From the NCBI GenBank assembly GCA_030390025.1, contig CM059432.1, forward strand, positions 125,490,001-125,554,000: a stretch of 64,000 nt of DNA, written 5' to 3'. Source of the DNA: Squalus acanthias (Eukaryota). The notes below the pieces were generated by a model. It saw only the letters and a program-made list of their open reading frames with translations. It did not search any database and was not told the DNA's origin. A program made the translations under genes and the position numbers. Numbering within the stretch: position 1 is the first letter of the stretch; each line of letters starts with the position of its first letter. This document shows positions 1 to 13,281 of the stretch, piece by piece.

Positions 1-55
1 AGGTGGGACTAATTGGATAGCTCTTTCAAAGAGCCAGCACAGGCACGATGGGCTC
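1..55 (+). mobile_element. CR1 LINE 3' end fragment
   Basis: ctaattggatagctctttcaaagagccagcacaggcacgatggg matches the CR1 3'UTR at 34040-34085 and 55400-55450. Confidence 0.75.
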
Positions 56-58
56 AAT

Positions 59-80
59 CACACACACACACACACACACA
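59..80. repeat. (CA)n microsatellite
   Basis: Directly visible CA run. Confidence 0.95.
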
Positions 81-772
81 ATCTCTCTGAAGGTTTGAAA
101 AAAGTGACCGAGGGCACAGATACTGCACACTTGGGTCGCTCAATCTTACAAAGATAGTATTTTAGCACTCTGTGCCAGCCAGCTGCAACTCAACACTGGG
201 TTACTTACATTTTCTGGTTAGACACCGTCAGCTCAACACTAGTTAATTACATTCTCTGGTTGCAGATGGTCACTCACCAATAAGTAATAGTTACTCGGCC
301 AAGTCAAGGCAATAGAGCACATTGCTGCCAATATCTGCACATTTCTAAGAGTGAGATTTTACAGCCATTTTTAATATGAATAGTGCTTACAGGCTAAACC
401 GGCACAGGGCCAATACCTATAGTTAACCTGACCTTGTGCTCGTAAAAGTTATAGGTCTGGCATTGTCTAGACACAATAATTATCTTGTCCTCATTTTAAA
501 AGACCTGTGCTCTCTATGTTTACTTGTTATGACTATAGTACAAGAGCTGATATGGGCTTTGGGACTATCTGGAGTGGAAGCACCAGGACAGAAGTTTATA
601 AACTGGGTTTGCAGGGTTTTAGTTCACCTCGCGCAGGGGATACGGGACATTGGAAGAATGCCAGAGAATTCTGTATTTATTAGCACGTTATGTATGCTGC
701 TGCACATGAATAAAAAAATGTTTTCTGCAAATGATAGATCTGCTTTTATGTGGGTAGCTGGCACGGTCTTTT

Positions 773-1198
773 GGAAAGAAAGAATGAACTTCCATTTATA
801 TAGCGTCTTTCGTGACTTCTTTCAGGACATCCTAAAGTGCTTATCAGCTAATTAAGTACTTTTGAAATGTAGTCACTGCTGTAGTGTAGGGAAACACAAC
901 AGCAATGAGACAAATGACCAGATAATCTGTATTTTTTTTTTAAAGTGATGTTGGTTGAGGGATAAATGTTGGCCAAGACATTAGGAGAACTCCCCTGCTC
1001 TTCTTCGAACGGTACCATGGGATCTTTAGCATCCACCGGAGACAGCAGATGGGCCTCAGTTCAATGCCTTATCTGAAAGCACTCCCTCAGTACTCATTGG
1101 AGTGTCCGCCTAGATTATGTGCGCAAGTCTCTGGAGTGGCACTTGAATGCACTTCTAACTCAGAGGCGAGAGTGCTCACACCGAGCCAAGGCGGACAC
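773..1198 (-). mobile_element. tRNA-headed Deu-domain SINE (SacSINE1-like)
   Basis: Colinear with the more intact copy at 19527-19998; L2-like tail on the left, degraded tRNA head on the right. Confidence 0.8.
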
Positions 1199-1997
1199 CT
1201 AAAGAAAGCTCGGATTGAGGGCTCGGTGGGGAAGGAAAGAGGAGTCCCCAGGACTGTGTAACCATTTGCAGAGTGTTCATGGGTATAAATCAGCATTTTG
1301 CAGGGGGGGGGGGGGGGTCGCCCATAGACAGGAGTTTTGAAAGTACTGCATTAGACGTTACGTAATCCACAATAGACAGGGTCATGACAGACTCTCTCCA
1401 TCAAAATGGTGCAGATGTTAAAAGGTCAGTTCTTAAACCTTTTATTATAAAAGCTGAGATACAAGTGAATATGCGCACTTGTTCATGTTTTGGTGAACAC
1501 AAACCATTAAGATTGAGACATTAAACATATTGCTGCAGCTATAGTATTGTGAAAAATTGAAGAATTTCAATTTTGTCATCTCATCTTGTCTATAAAAACT
1601 CTAAAAATTAACAGACAAAGAGAAATAGAAAAACCAAGTACAATGCTGGTACTGTGTGTTTACTGGAAATATAAGCAATACGTCACTTGAAGAGTCTAAT
1701 ACAATTATAAGCCAGATATGAGAGATAGAGTGGGAGAGAGAAATGCACTAGAAAGTATGCAGTTATTTTACAATTATAGATCTCTATGTTGAGATATTTG
1801 CAGTTCCATAATAACCATTTCTTTATATAATTTATTGAATAAAACTGCAGCCTCACAGGAAATCTTGGATCAACTGTGAAAGATACAATATATACATTTA
1901 TATATACTTCTGACAAAGTGCACTTATGAAGCTAATGCATCTTCCACAAGGATGATATCTTGAATACCCTACGGAGCTAAATTAGTTTGGAACTTAC

Positions 1998-2088
1998 CAG
2001 AGTATCCGCCATTAGAATGTTCACAAACAAGATACAGGGCAAAGTGTTCCAAAAACTGCCTCGACAATTCAATCTTCTGGGCAGCAAC
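1998..2088 (-). CDS. SNX31: SNX31 coding exon 6 (VAAQKIELSRQFLEHFALYLVCEHSNGGYS)
   Basis: Acceptor poly-T aaaag|, 91 nt, donor CTG|gtaagt. Aligns with VVSHKIGLCRELLGYFGLFLI when read in phase 0. Confidence 0.9.
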
Positions 2089-4855
2089 CTTTTAAAAAAA
2101 AAAAATCAATTAACCAGCAAGTTATTGTGGGGCATCTGGTGCAGAAATAAGAGACACACAGTTATCAGGAATTTACAAATTTAAGACTCTATTAACCAAC
2201 AGCGTACACGGAAAGCCTTCACGGTTTATGAAGCAATTCCTTCAGACCAGCAGCGACGAAAGCCAGCAATTATTTTCTTTTAAACACACATTTTTTTCTC
2301 ATTATTTCTCCTCTTCCCGCCCACCCCTTTCTGAAGGTGCCATTTCTGGTTGTTTCTCGATTACCAGCAACCCTCTGCTACCTCGCCAGTGTCGCCATTC
2401 TCCCTGGTGAGCCTGGACAAGGAGCGTCAACAGGCTGTCCAAACTTGGAAGGCTCACAACCAAGCCCAATCATGTGATCATCCAAAAAGGATTTTCTGGC
2501 CGTGGAGCAGGCTGCGGTGCCAACACACGGCATGACATTTTTTTTTGGAAGAAAAATTAAAATTCATCCAGGAAGGTAGAGTTGAAAGCGTGTCTGCCAC
2601 TTCCAACCTTCAGAAGCCCATCAAAAAGCTTCCATATTTTTAAGGAAAGTTACTTATCTGCTCGCACACAACATTTATATACACCTGGTGTTCAGAGAAG
2701 AGTTCATGATAATTTGGCACTTCAAGCCAACGGAGGCTAGGCTGCCAAAAGTGAACTTGTTCGAGTTAGAGAAAAGAATGTTGTGCAGGGATGTAACCCA
2801 CTTCTTTGAAATGACAAAAAACATGGATTAAGTATATGGGAGTAGGTTACTTTACTTAAATTGTGATTGCAAGACTTGAGCCCTGGAGTGCAAAAAACTG
2901 GCCTCAAGCAAGATTAGAGATGAATAAAAACTGTCCCCCTGCCTCGAAAAGCAAATATGGGCAACAGACATCAAAAGCAGTTTAAGACTATGTAATTTAC
3001 CTCCAAAAACAAGGAGCTTGACAAACATTGGGTTATGAACAGAACTGAAACTCCCCCAATGGTTCAGCGAGTTGATCCAGCGAGCTGCTGACTCACACAG
3101 ATCAGGGGCAGCTGGGCGGGTACGAGGGGCGCTACAATTAGTCGCAGTGACCCAGGGTTCCTCGTCCAGATGGTTACCCAATGACCCCTGTTGTAAGTGC
3201 GTGTAGAGACGTCAGTTAAGGATAGGATTACGTTCCTCTGTGATGCTTCCCATGATACCCGGTCAACAATCATCAAGGATCACACACGAACAACAGGCAC
3301 TTTCCAGCAGAGTGAAAGGGTAACAAATCAGAAACTCAAACCCAGGCTAATCTTCCCTCCCTAACCCAACAGGCATTAACTTGGGGAGGGGCAATAACTG
3401 CTCTCCTTTACTGGTTTAGTACACTGGCAAATTGCAGCTTGCCACCCTCATTAACACAAAGAAGCAAGCAAAAAAATCAGGCTGGGAGCTTGCCAGCCAA
3501 ACTAGAGAGGCATTTGACAAGTGTCACGCAGTGCCCAGAATCCCTGTACATCCACAGCTCCAAAATAAAACAATTACTTTAGCTGATTCACATCACATTA
3601 AATACTAAACAGGCAGCGCTTTCATAGAGCAGTGAGGCTTGAAAAATCATATCTATTAAACAAATATTCTTCCACATTTGATGAGGAAACCAAGAACTAT
3701 TTTTTGCAGTAAATTATTTTTACAAGTACAGAAAGCCCTTCTATCTCCTCTCTCCACAGTAAAATTCCCAATAGTACACAACCCTGACAGTTGTAGAGTC
3801 CTGCGCCCCTAATATTCCACACAAGTCGCTGACTATGCCTAGCCTAGAGACGCTGAGGCCGACTGAAGCAGCCCAAGTGCTGCCCATGTTAAGATCAGCT
3901 AATTCAGCACAGACCGGAATCGAAGCCATGACCATATGGCACAGCTCTACATCGTCAGTGCCTGGGACCCACTTTTTGTTCCTCAAAAAGGAGTTGAACA
4001 CGTGCCTGCCTTTTTTAAAAGAACGTCTTGTTTAAATAATTACATTAAGGGCATATTTTGTAACGAAGTTGCACATGACTGCACATTTGTTTCAGACCAT
4101 TAATTTTAAAAAGGAACAATAAATAGCTGCAATTCAGTCTATTCAGCTAAATATATAACTTCTAAAAAATTTTAAGTGGACATAAACTGTGGTAGAAATG
4201 ACTGCTGTGTAAACAAATATCGTTACAGCCTATTAAATAGCGTCTCCGAGCCCTCAAATCAAAATGGAATAGCTATTTAAAACAATAGTGCAGCAATCTA
4301 AACACAGCAACTCAGGCTGCTAGCAAACCTGCCTAAGGGCACAATCAAGTTTGCTGGTTTCATTAAAAGCAAGACTGTGGAAAATATAATGCAGCCCCAT
4401 AAATCTTCTGTAGATCCCTGCTGCAGTTCCAGCTTTTTTTAAAAAAAAATCTGCCACTATAAATCACATCACCCAGGCCTCTCCAAACCCTATGCAAAGT
4501 AACACATTCAGGAAGTTGATACGGGTAATACTGCAAAATTTTTCATAATTGAACCAGCAATTAGTGTTATTTGGTTTGTCCTTTACAAAGTGGCATTTCA
4601 GAAAGGTCACTGCATTTTAAGTGACTACGCAAATAAAACGTCTTTGACTTCATGTATTAAACTTAATACGGTCACAACTGTTCACTCTGACCAATGCAAT
4701 GACCACACCCAGCTGGAGGTTTTGCATTCCATACAAGCTCCTTTAGTTAAATATAGTGCCCAGTCACTTAATGTGTTAATCAAGTAAACAAATCTAATAC
4801 AGCAGTTACTCAAAGCCCCACCCCTTCCCCTCCTCCCCCACCCCATGAATAAGCA

Positions 4856-4881
4856 ACACACACACACACACACACACACAC
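4856..4881. repeat. (CA)n microsatellite
   Basis: Directly visible. Confidence 0.95.
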
Positions 4882-5085
4882 AGTGTAAGGACACTGCTTC
4901 GGTTTGCCAAATAAATGCATTTGGGCTAGTAAAACACTTAACAGAAGAAACCTTTACCAAGTTAACTTGGCAGCTCTTCAGTTGCATAGCTAAATTATTG
5001 CTTTTTTTCTGTACAAAAAATAATGAGATGTTCTCCAACAGCTCAGCGGGAAAGTGCACCATATGGTGCGGCAACAAAACATACA

Positions 5086-5650
5086 AAGAAAAAAAAGACT
5101 TGTATTTATATAGCGCCTTTCATGACCTTGGGATGTCCCAAAGCTCTTTAAAGCCAATTAAGTTCTGTTGAAGTGTAGTTACTGTCGTGATGTAGGAAAT
5201 GCGGCAGCCAATTTGTGCACAGCAAGTTCCCGCAAACAGCAATGTGATAATGACCAGATAATCTGTTTTCGTGATGTTGATTGAGGGATAAATATTGGCC
5301 AGGAGACCAGAGATACCTCCCTTGCTCTTCTTCAAAATAGTGCTATGGGATCTAGATTCTAGAACGGTCCCAGCAGATTGGAGGTAGAAAATGTAACCCT
5401 GCTATTCAATAAAGGAAGGAGAGAGAAAACAGGGAACTACAGGCCAGAAAGCCTGACATCAGCAATGTGATAATGACCAGATTATCTGTTTTAGTGACAC
5501 TGGTTGAGGGATAAATATTGGCCAGGACTCAGGGGAGAACTCCCCTGCTCCTCTTTGAAATAGTGCCTTGGGATCTTTTACGTCCACAGGAGAGAGCAGA
5601 TGTTTGTTTAACGTCCCATCTGACAGTGCAGCACTCCCTCAGTACAGACC
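5086..5650 (-). mobile_element. Two partial Deu-SINE copies (5086-5352, 5461-5650) separated by a short CR1 RT fragment (about 5355-5465, + strand)
   Basis: SINE core agcaatgtgataatgaccagat occurs twice; the intervening piece encodes a degenerate NVTLLFNKGRREKTGNYRP. Confidence 0.75.
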
Positions 5651-5787
5651 AGGGAGGTTGTGGGATTCTTTTCTGCAGTGTAAATGGGGGTGCGAGACTC
5701 GGCCAACCAATTACCTGTCCTCTTAGGTTGTACAATGTGCGTGGCCTTAGGAGATTTGGGGGAAGGGAGAGGAAGGCGAAAACTTAC

Positions 5788-5899
5788 TTCCTAACATCCT
5801 CTCTGCTGAGTCAGATGTGTGGGTGTCAATCAGAAGCTTTTTTCCATTTGCAAGAAGAACCTCCAAGAGAATAGCACGTGCACGAATCCTAAACGTTTC
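5788..5899 (-). CDS. SNX31: SNX31 coding exon 5 (ETFRIRARAILLEVLLANGKKLLIDTHTSDSAERML...), start of FERM-like F1 module; 1 nt too long as written
   Basis: Acceptor tttgttacag|, donor GAA|gtaagt. TSDSAERML matches TSDTAERVL. Length is 112 nt (see findings). Confidence 0.9.
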
Positions 5900-6674
5900 C
5901 TGTAACAAAAATAAAAAAAGGATCAGCTCGGTGGTGTTTCCTGCATGGAGATTCAGAACATGGTTTTCATGTTTCTTATAACTGGCTAAATGCATTGTAA
6001 CAGCAGGAAGTGCACTCGCGCATTTTATTCCTGCCCCAGAGTTAAAAAGAGGAAAGACTTGTCATTGAAGTAAGTAAATTGCAAGCCTTCACATTTGAAG
6101 CCTGGTGGCGCTAAATACGGCAGCACTGGTTTAATGTATTGTACTGCTTGCTTTTCTCTTCAGTTGGTTAGGTGCCTATTAGTTCAAACCAGATGTCAAG
6201 CAGCATCAATCCCCAGACATCACAGGATCAACAACTCAAAATGAATTCCAACTGACCTCAAAAAGAAAAATCTTCATTTACTATCTGGCTAATTAATATC
6301 AAAATCTGACTCAAAAGAATCAGTTATTATACATGTTTTAATCATCTTTAACTATGCACAGTTATTGTATTTATATTGGTTACAATAACCCCAAATGCCT
6401 CAAAATCTTCGCATTCAAGCGAATAGCAATTTAAAAAAATCTTAACATGACGACTTCATCCCACAGCTTTTCAGCTCTGCTTGCTTTTAACTCCCATTGT
6501 TCAGCAACAATTTTCATTCCAGCACCAGAAATACGAAGAAATAGACTGTAAGGCATTACCTCTACGAGTCTTTTCTTCTCCCTTCTGCTGCTATCAGCTC
6601 TTTTTTTGCTCCTAAATGGCAATAATTCTTTTGCCATTCCACCTCTCATCCCCTCCATGTCCACCTTCTACTTT

Positions 6675-7420
6675 CACAGGAACAGGAGTAGGCCATTCAG
6701 TTCCGAGCCTGTTTCAATTACATCACGGCTGATCTGTATCTTAATTCTATCTCCCCGCCTTGGTTCCGTAACTCTGAATACCCTTGCCGAGCAAAAATCT
6801 ATCAATCTCAGTTTTTAAATTGTCAATTGATCCCCTAGCCTCAACAGCTTTTTGGGGAGAGCGTTGCAGATTTCCACTACCCTTTGTGTGAAGACGTGTT
6901 TCCCGACATCACCCCTGAACGGGCGAGCTCTAGTTTTAAGGTTATGCCTTCATATTCTGGACCCTCCCACCAGAGGAAATAGTTTCTCTCTATCTACCCT
7001 ATCAAATCCTTTAATCATCTTAAACACCTCAATTAGATCACCCCTTAATCTTCTATATTCAAGGGAATACAAGACTAGGCTATGCAACCTGTCCTCATAA
7101 TTTTACCCTTTTAGCCCCAGTATCATTCTGGTGAATCTGCGCTGCACTCCCTCAAAGGGCTAATATATCCTAGGTTCGTTAGACATGACTCACCCTTTAC
7201 AATCCATGCTGGCTCTCTCTGATCAGTTCATGTTTGTCCAAGTGCTCAGTCACTCTGTCCCGGACAATAGATTCTAGTAACTGCCCCACAACAGATGTTA
7301 GACCAATAGGCCTATAATTTCCTAGTTTATCTCTTACCCTTCTTAAACAGTGGAGTGACATTGACAATTTTTCAATCTTGGGGGACAATTCCTGAATTGA
7401 GTGTGTCTTGGAAGAGCTTT
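6675..7420 (-). mobile_element. CR1 LINE, 5'-truncated and internally deleted
   Basis: 3'UTR at 6675; RT motif GNYRPIGLTSVVG...ESQHG in ORF 7197-7388. Confidence 0.85.
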
Positions 7421-7424
7421 CACC

Positions 7425-7608
7425 TACTCTCCTCCTCCTCCAAAGATGTGCGGGTTAGGTTGATTTGGCTATGATAAATTGACCCTTAGTGTTAGGGGGA
7501 TTAAATACTTGGGGTTACGGGGATAGGGTGGGATATGTGTCGGTGCAGGCTCGATGGGCCGAAATGGCCTCTATCTGCACTGTGGGGATTCTGTGATTCT
7601 GTGATTCC
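7425..7608 (+). mobile_element. V-SINE (HE1-like) 3' part
   Basis: ccaaagatgtgcgggttaggttgatttggc V-domain-like core followed by a CR1-type stem-loop and (gattctgt)n tail. Confidence 0.7.
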
Positions 7609-7857
7609 TATGTTCCTCAATCTTTCGTGCTCTTTTTAATTGCTTGTCTTGATACAGAATCGGAGTGCATCAGTTCGCAGGCCTTTTTGGCTATCACAAC
7701 TCCTGCTAGCTGATTATTTTTTTCTTTTTAAAGTAACTCAATATACTACTTACCATTATTACTGCTTTAACTGATGGGCATTGCTCTGCTGATATTCAGA
7801 CTCCTCATCTTTCAATAGGTTGCCTTAAGGTCTAGCTTCTACTACTTCTGTTACAAG

Positions 7858-8380
7858 AAACGGCTGAGCGCACTGGATACAGCAAGGGCTATGGGCCCCG
7901 ACAATATCCCGGCTGTCGTGCTGAAGACTTGCACTCCAGAACTAACTGCGCCTCTAGCCAAGCTGTTCCAGTACAGCTACAACACTGGCATCTACCCAGC
8001 AAGGTGGAAAACTGCCCAGGTATGCACTGTCCACAAAAAGCAGGATAAATCCAATCCGGCCAATTACCGCCCAATCAGTCTACTGTCAATCATCAGCAAA
8101 GTGATGGAAGGTGCTGTCGACAGTGCTATCAAGCGGCACTTATTCCAATAACCTGCTCACTGATGCTCAGTTTGGATTCTGCTAGGACCACTCGGCTCCA
8201 CACCTCATTACAGCCTTGGTCCAAACCTGGACAAAAGAGCTGAACTCCAGAGGGGAGGTGAGAGTGACTGCCCTTGATATCAAGGCAGCATTTGACCAAG
8301 TGTGGCATCAAGGAACCCCAGTAAAATTGAAGTCAATGGGAATCGGGGAAAAACTCTCAAGTAGCTGGAGTCATACCCAG
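7858..8380 (+). mobile_element. Jockey-group (CR1/L2-like) LINE, RT 5' part, interrupted by an L2
   Basis: GPDNIP...NYRPISLLSIISKVME and ALDIKAAFD motifs; resumes at 12268. Confidence 0.85.
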
Positions 8381-11300
8381 CAACAACAACCACCTGCATT
8401 TATATAGCACCTTTAACATAGTAAAACGTCCCAAGGCGCTGCACAGGAGTATTTCAAGACAAAAAAATTGACACCGATCCACGTAAGGATAAATTAGGGC
8501 AGGTGACCAAAAGCTTGGTCAAAGAGGTAGGTTTTAAGGAGCGTCTTAAAGGAGGAAAGAGAGGTAGAGAGGCAGACAGGTTTAGGCAGGGAATTCCAGA
8601 GCTTAGGGCCTAGGCAACAGAAGGCACGACCACCAAAGGTTGAGCGATTATAATCAGGGATCCTCAAGAGGGCAGAATTAGAGGAGCGCAGATATCTCGG
8701 GGGTTGTGGGGCTGGAGGAGATTACAGAGATAGGGAGGGGTGAGGCCATGGAGGGATTTGAAAACAAGGATGAGAATTTTGAAGTCAAGGCGCTGCTTAA
8801 CCGGGAGCCAATGTAGGTCAGCGAGCACAGGGGTGATGGGCAAACGGGACTTGGTGCAAGTTAGGACACGGGCAGCCAAGTTTTGGATGACCTCAAGTTT
8901 ATGTAGGGTGGAATGTGGGAGGCCAGCCAGGAGTGCGTTGGAATAGTCAAGTCTAGAGGTAACAAAGGCATGGATGAGGGTCTCAGCAGCAGATGAGCTG
9001 AGGCAAGAGCAGAGACGGATGATGTTACAGAGGTGGACGTAGGAGGTCTTTGTTATGCTGCGGATATGTGGTCGGAAGCTCATTTCAGGGTCAAATATGA
9101 CACCAAGGTTGCAAATAGTGTGGTTCAACCTCAGACAGATGTTAGGGAGAGGGATGGAGTCAGTGGCTAGGGAACGGAGTTTGTGGCGGGGACCGAAAAC
9201 AAAGGCTTCGGTTTTCCCAATATTTAATCGGAGAAAATTTTTGCTCATCCAGAACTGTATGTCGGACAAGCAGTCTGACAATTTAGACACCGTGGAGGGG
9301 TCGAGAGAAGATGTAGTGAGGTAGAGCTGGGTGTCGTCAGCGTACATGTGGAAACTGACGCTGTGTTTTTGGATGATGTTGCCAAGGGGCAACATGTAGA
9401 TGAGAAATAGGAGGAAGCCAAGGATAGATCCTTGGGGGACACCAGAGGTAACTATGCAGGATCAGGAAGAGAAGCCGTTGCAGGTGATTCTCTGGCTACG
9501 ATTAGATAGATAAGAATGGAACCAGGCGAGTGCAGTCCCACCCAGCTGGACGACGGTGGAGAGGCGTTGGAGAAGGATGGAGTGGTCAACCGTGTCAAAG
9601 GCTGCAGACAAGTCAAGAAGGACGAGGAGGGATAGTTTACCTTTGTCACAGTCACAAAGGATGTCATTTGTGACTTTGATGAGAGCCGTTTCGGTCCTGT
9701 GGCAAGGGCGGAAACCTGATTGGAAGGATTCAAACATGGAATTGCGGGAAAGATGGGTACGGATTTGGGAGGCAACAACATGTTCAAGGACTTGGAGAGG
9801 AAAAGGAGGTTGGAGATGGGGTGGTAGTTTGCAAGGACGGAGGGATCAAGGGTTGGTTTTTTGAGAGGGGTGATGATGGCAGATTTGAGGGAGAGGGGGA
9901 CAGTACCGGAGGAGAACCGTTAACAATGTCAGCTATCATGGGAGCCAGAAAAGGAAGTTGGGTGGTCAGCAGTTTGGTAGGAATAGGGACGAGGGAGCAG
10001 GAGGTGGGTCTCAGACAAGATGAGCGCAGAGAGGTCATATGGGGAGATCGGAGAGAAACTGGAGAAAGATGTGAGTTCAGGGCTAGGGCAGGGGGGAGCC
10101 TTAGCGCAATTTTGGCCCAGTGGGCTAGGGGAAGGAAGGGAAGTGGCAGAGGCAGCTGAATGTATGGTCTCAATCTTAGAGACAAAGAAGTCCATGAGCT
10201 CCTCACATTTGTTATCGGAGGTGAGGGTGGAGGAGACAGGGGAGAGTGGTTTAAGAAGACTGTTAGCAGTAGAGAATAGGAGCCGGGGTTTATCTTGCAT
10301 TCCAGAATGATTCTGGAATAGTGAGCAATTTTGGCAGACGAGAGCAGGGCCCGATAGTGCTTTATGTGGTCCAGCCAGATCTGGCGGCGAATGGCTAAAC
10401 CAGTTGTCCGCCATATCCATTCGAGTCTGCGTCCCTTGGACTTAAGAGAGCAAAGATGAGAGCAGTACCAGGGGGAACGGCCAGGGTGAGAGAGGGCAAT
10501 TGTTTTAGTAGGGACTAGGGCAGCAAAGATAGTGGTGAGGGTGTGGTTGAGCAGATCGGTAGCTGCAGAAATGTCGTGGTGAATGGAGGGCCAAAGGCTG
10601 GACAGTTGGGATTTCATTAGTGCAGTTGTAAGAAGTTGGGAGTGTTTTTTCCAGGGGCGGACACAGAAGGAAGTAGGGTTGCGGGTGGGGAGGGGGAGGG
10701 GGGCTGTGGAAGGGGTACAAGGGTGGAGAGCGATACGAGGAAATGGTCAGAAATGGCCTTATCTGCAATTGACACAATGGGAGTAGCGAGGCCACGAGAG
10801 ATGGCAAAGTCGAGGGGGTGGCCGTGAATATGGGTTGGGGAGTTTACATGGAGGGAGAGATTAAGGGAGGATAGGAGGCTAGTGAACTCAGAGGAGAGAG
10901 AGCATGATGAACTGAGATGGAGGTTGAAATCACCGAGGATGAGAAGTCGTTCGGTGCAGAGGCTGGGGGAGGAGAGCAGTGAAGATATCTCAGTAATAAA
11001 ATTCTGATAGTACTTGGGTGGGCGGTAGAGAATGAGAATTTTAAATGAGAGGTGAGAGGATTGGAATAAGGTGAGATGCTCAAAGGAGGAGAAAGTGCCG
11101 GAGGAGTAGGGGGACAGACCAAGGTGTGATTTGGTGATGAGAGCCACACTGCTACCATGGCGGTCTGAACAGGGCAAGTGGTGGAAGGTATAGCCAGGCG
11201 GGGAGGCTTCATTTAAGGGTAAGGTGTCATCACACCTCAACCAAGTTTCCATCAGGGCCATGATATCGATGCAATCATCCACGATAAGCTCATGGATGGC

Positions 11301-12267
11301 AAGGGCCTTGTTTGCAAGTGAATGGACATTCTGGAGGGAGATGCGGAGAGGGTCGGTGATGGCTGATCCACTGCCAGAGTCCACAGGGTCAGCACTGGGG
11401 GGGGATGAGTTGGATGGGGAGGAGATTGGCAAGATTTGCCCCCAGTGGGCGTGCTGGGTGGGAAGGTCGGCAAGAGAGTAGGATGGGACAGTTGGGGTTG
11501 CTGCTCGTAAGGTGGCAGCGACGAGTGCCTCGATGGTCCCTTGGTAGGATGCCAAGAGAGGCACAGAGGGAAGCTGTGGGCTTATCTAAGAGGGAGTGAA
11601 ACCTGAGATGGCGGCAAGAGAGTAGGAAGGTCAAAGAGTAATGAAGGATTGGTGTAGGGATTTGCGAGGGCAGAGTATCCGAGAGAGGAGAGATGAAAGG
11701 AGGCATGACGACAGGAGAGCGCAGTCAGAGATGGATAGAGAGAAAAGGAAAATAGGGAGAAAAGTGGAATGGCTCGGGTCCGGAGCAGCAGCCAAAGTGC
11801 GCACGCGAATGGACACGGGAAAAGCTCAGGTTACGTAGGCCTGTTTAAATGTAGTAATTAATGGGATACATATTTCCTGGTAGCAGGGAATAGGTTGGGG
11901 ACAATAGTAGGAAGACCAGGGTCAAAGTCAGAGGTCCCATGGAAGGACAAAGCCAACGTAAGCAGGATGGAGCCGGCACGGAGCATCGACGAACCGCTGT
12001 CCAAAGCAGGTGAGTGAAGTCCAGAAGCTATTTGAAGGGTAGAGAGTTCGAGGATGGAGGTTGTTGCCGTGGGAATGAGAGTCGGTAGCGATGCAGAAAG
12101 ATGATGCCGAAATTGACGCAAGTTGGAGGTCACCGTAGCTCAAAGCGGCAGAGAAAAAGTAAAACCACAAGCCAGCGACCAGCAAAGCTGAAAACCGGTA
12201 AAACAAGTCACCGGACAGCAAGTGGAGCGGTTACCTACAAGCCAGCAGAGCTGAAAAACCAGTAGAA
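8381..12267 (-). mobile_element. Near full-length L2 LINE (APE endonuclease + RT, frameshifted)
   Basis: EN ORF 10617-11564 (ETWL, GDFN, SDH); RT QSGFR/LLDLSAAFDTVDH (9462-9737) and YADD (8664-9395); (ttg)n tail at 8381; ccagca on both flanks. Confidence 0.92.
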
Positions 12268-13281
12268 CCAGCACAAAAGAAGGTGGTTGTTGGAGACCAA
12301 TCATCTCAGCCCCAGGCATCGCTGCAGGAGTTCCTCAGCCCAACCATCTTCAGCTGCTTCATCAATGACCTTCCCTCCATCATAAGGTCAGAAGTGGGGA
12401 TGTTCGCTGATAATTGCACAGTGTTCAGTTCCATTTGCAACTCCACAGATAATGAAGCAGTCCGTGCCCGCATGCAGCAAGACCTGGACGACATTCAGGC
12501 TTGGGCTGATAAGTGGCAGGTAACATTCGCACCACACAAGTGCCAGGCAATGACTATCTCCAACAAGAGAGCATTGAACCACCGCCCCTTGACATTCAAA
12601 GGTATTACCATCACCGAATCCACCACCAACATCATCCTGGGGTCGCCATTGACCAGAAACTTAACTGGAACAGCCACATAAATACTGTGGCTACAAGAGC
12701 AGCTCAGAGGCTGGGTATTCTGCGGAGAGTGTCCCACCTCCTGACTCCCCAAAGCCTTTCCACCATCTACAAGGTGCAAGTCAGAAGTGTGATGGAATAC
12801 TCTCCACTTGCCTGGATGAGTGCAGCTCCAACAACACTCAAGAAGCTCGACACCATCCAGGACAAATCAGCCCTTGATTGGCACCCCATCCACCACCGGC
12901 GTACCGTGGCTGCAGTGTGTACCATCTACAAGATGCACTGCAGCAACTGGCCAAGGTTTCTTCGACAGCACCTCCCAAACTCGCGACCTCTACCACCTAG
13001 AAGGTCATGGGCAGCAGGCACATGGGAACACCACCACCTCCAAGTTCCCCTTCAAGTCACACACCATCCTGACTTGGAAGTATATTGCCGATCCTTCATA
13101 GTCGCTGGGTCAAAATCCTGGAACTCCCTCCCTAACAGCACTGTGGGAGTACATTCACCACATGGACTGCAGCGGTTCAAGGCGGCAGCTCACCACACCT
13201 TCTCAAGGGCAACTAGGGATGGGCAATAAATGCTGGCCTTGCCAGCGACGCCCACATCCCAGGGACGAATGAAAAAAAAAA
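12268..13281 (+). mobile_element. Continuation and 3' end of the LINE that starts at 7858
   Basis: FINDLP/FADN RT motif; ends gggcaataaatgctggccttgccagcgacg...poly(A). Confidence 0.85.

Noticed and set aside
436..855. 139-aa plus-strand ORF
   Set aside because: No recognisable domain and it runs into a SINE; chance ORF.
1816..1873. Possible SNX31 exon 7 (VDPRFPVRLQFYSINYIKKW)
   Set aside because: Phases fit and it ends KKW, but it lacks the conserved FELPYVS motif, is shorter than expected and has a weak donor. True exon 7 is probably left of the window.
6431..6664. ORF with KELL...YSLFL resembling SNX31 exon 6
   Set aside because: Wrong position (upstream of exon 5), no fitting splice sites, and a proper exon 6 exists at 1998-2088.
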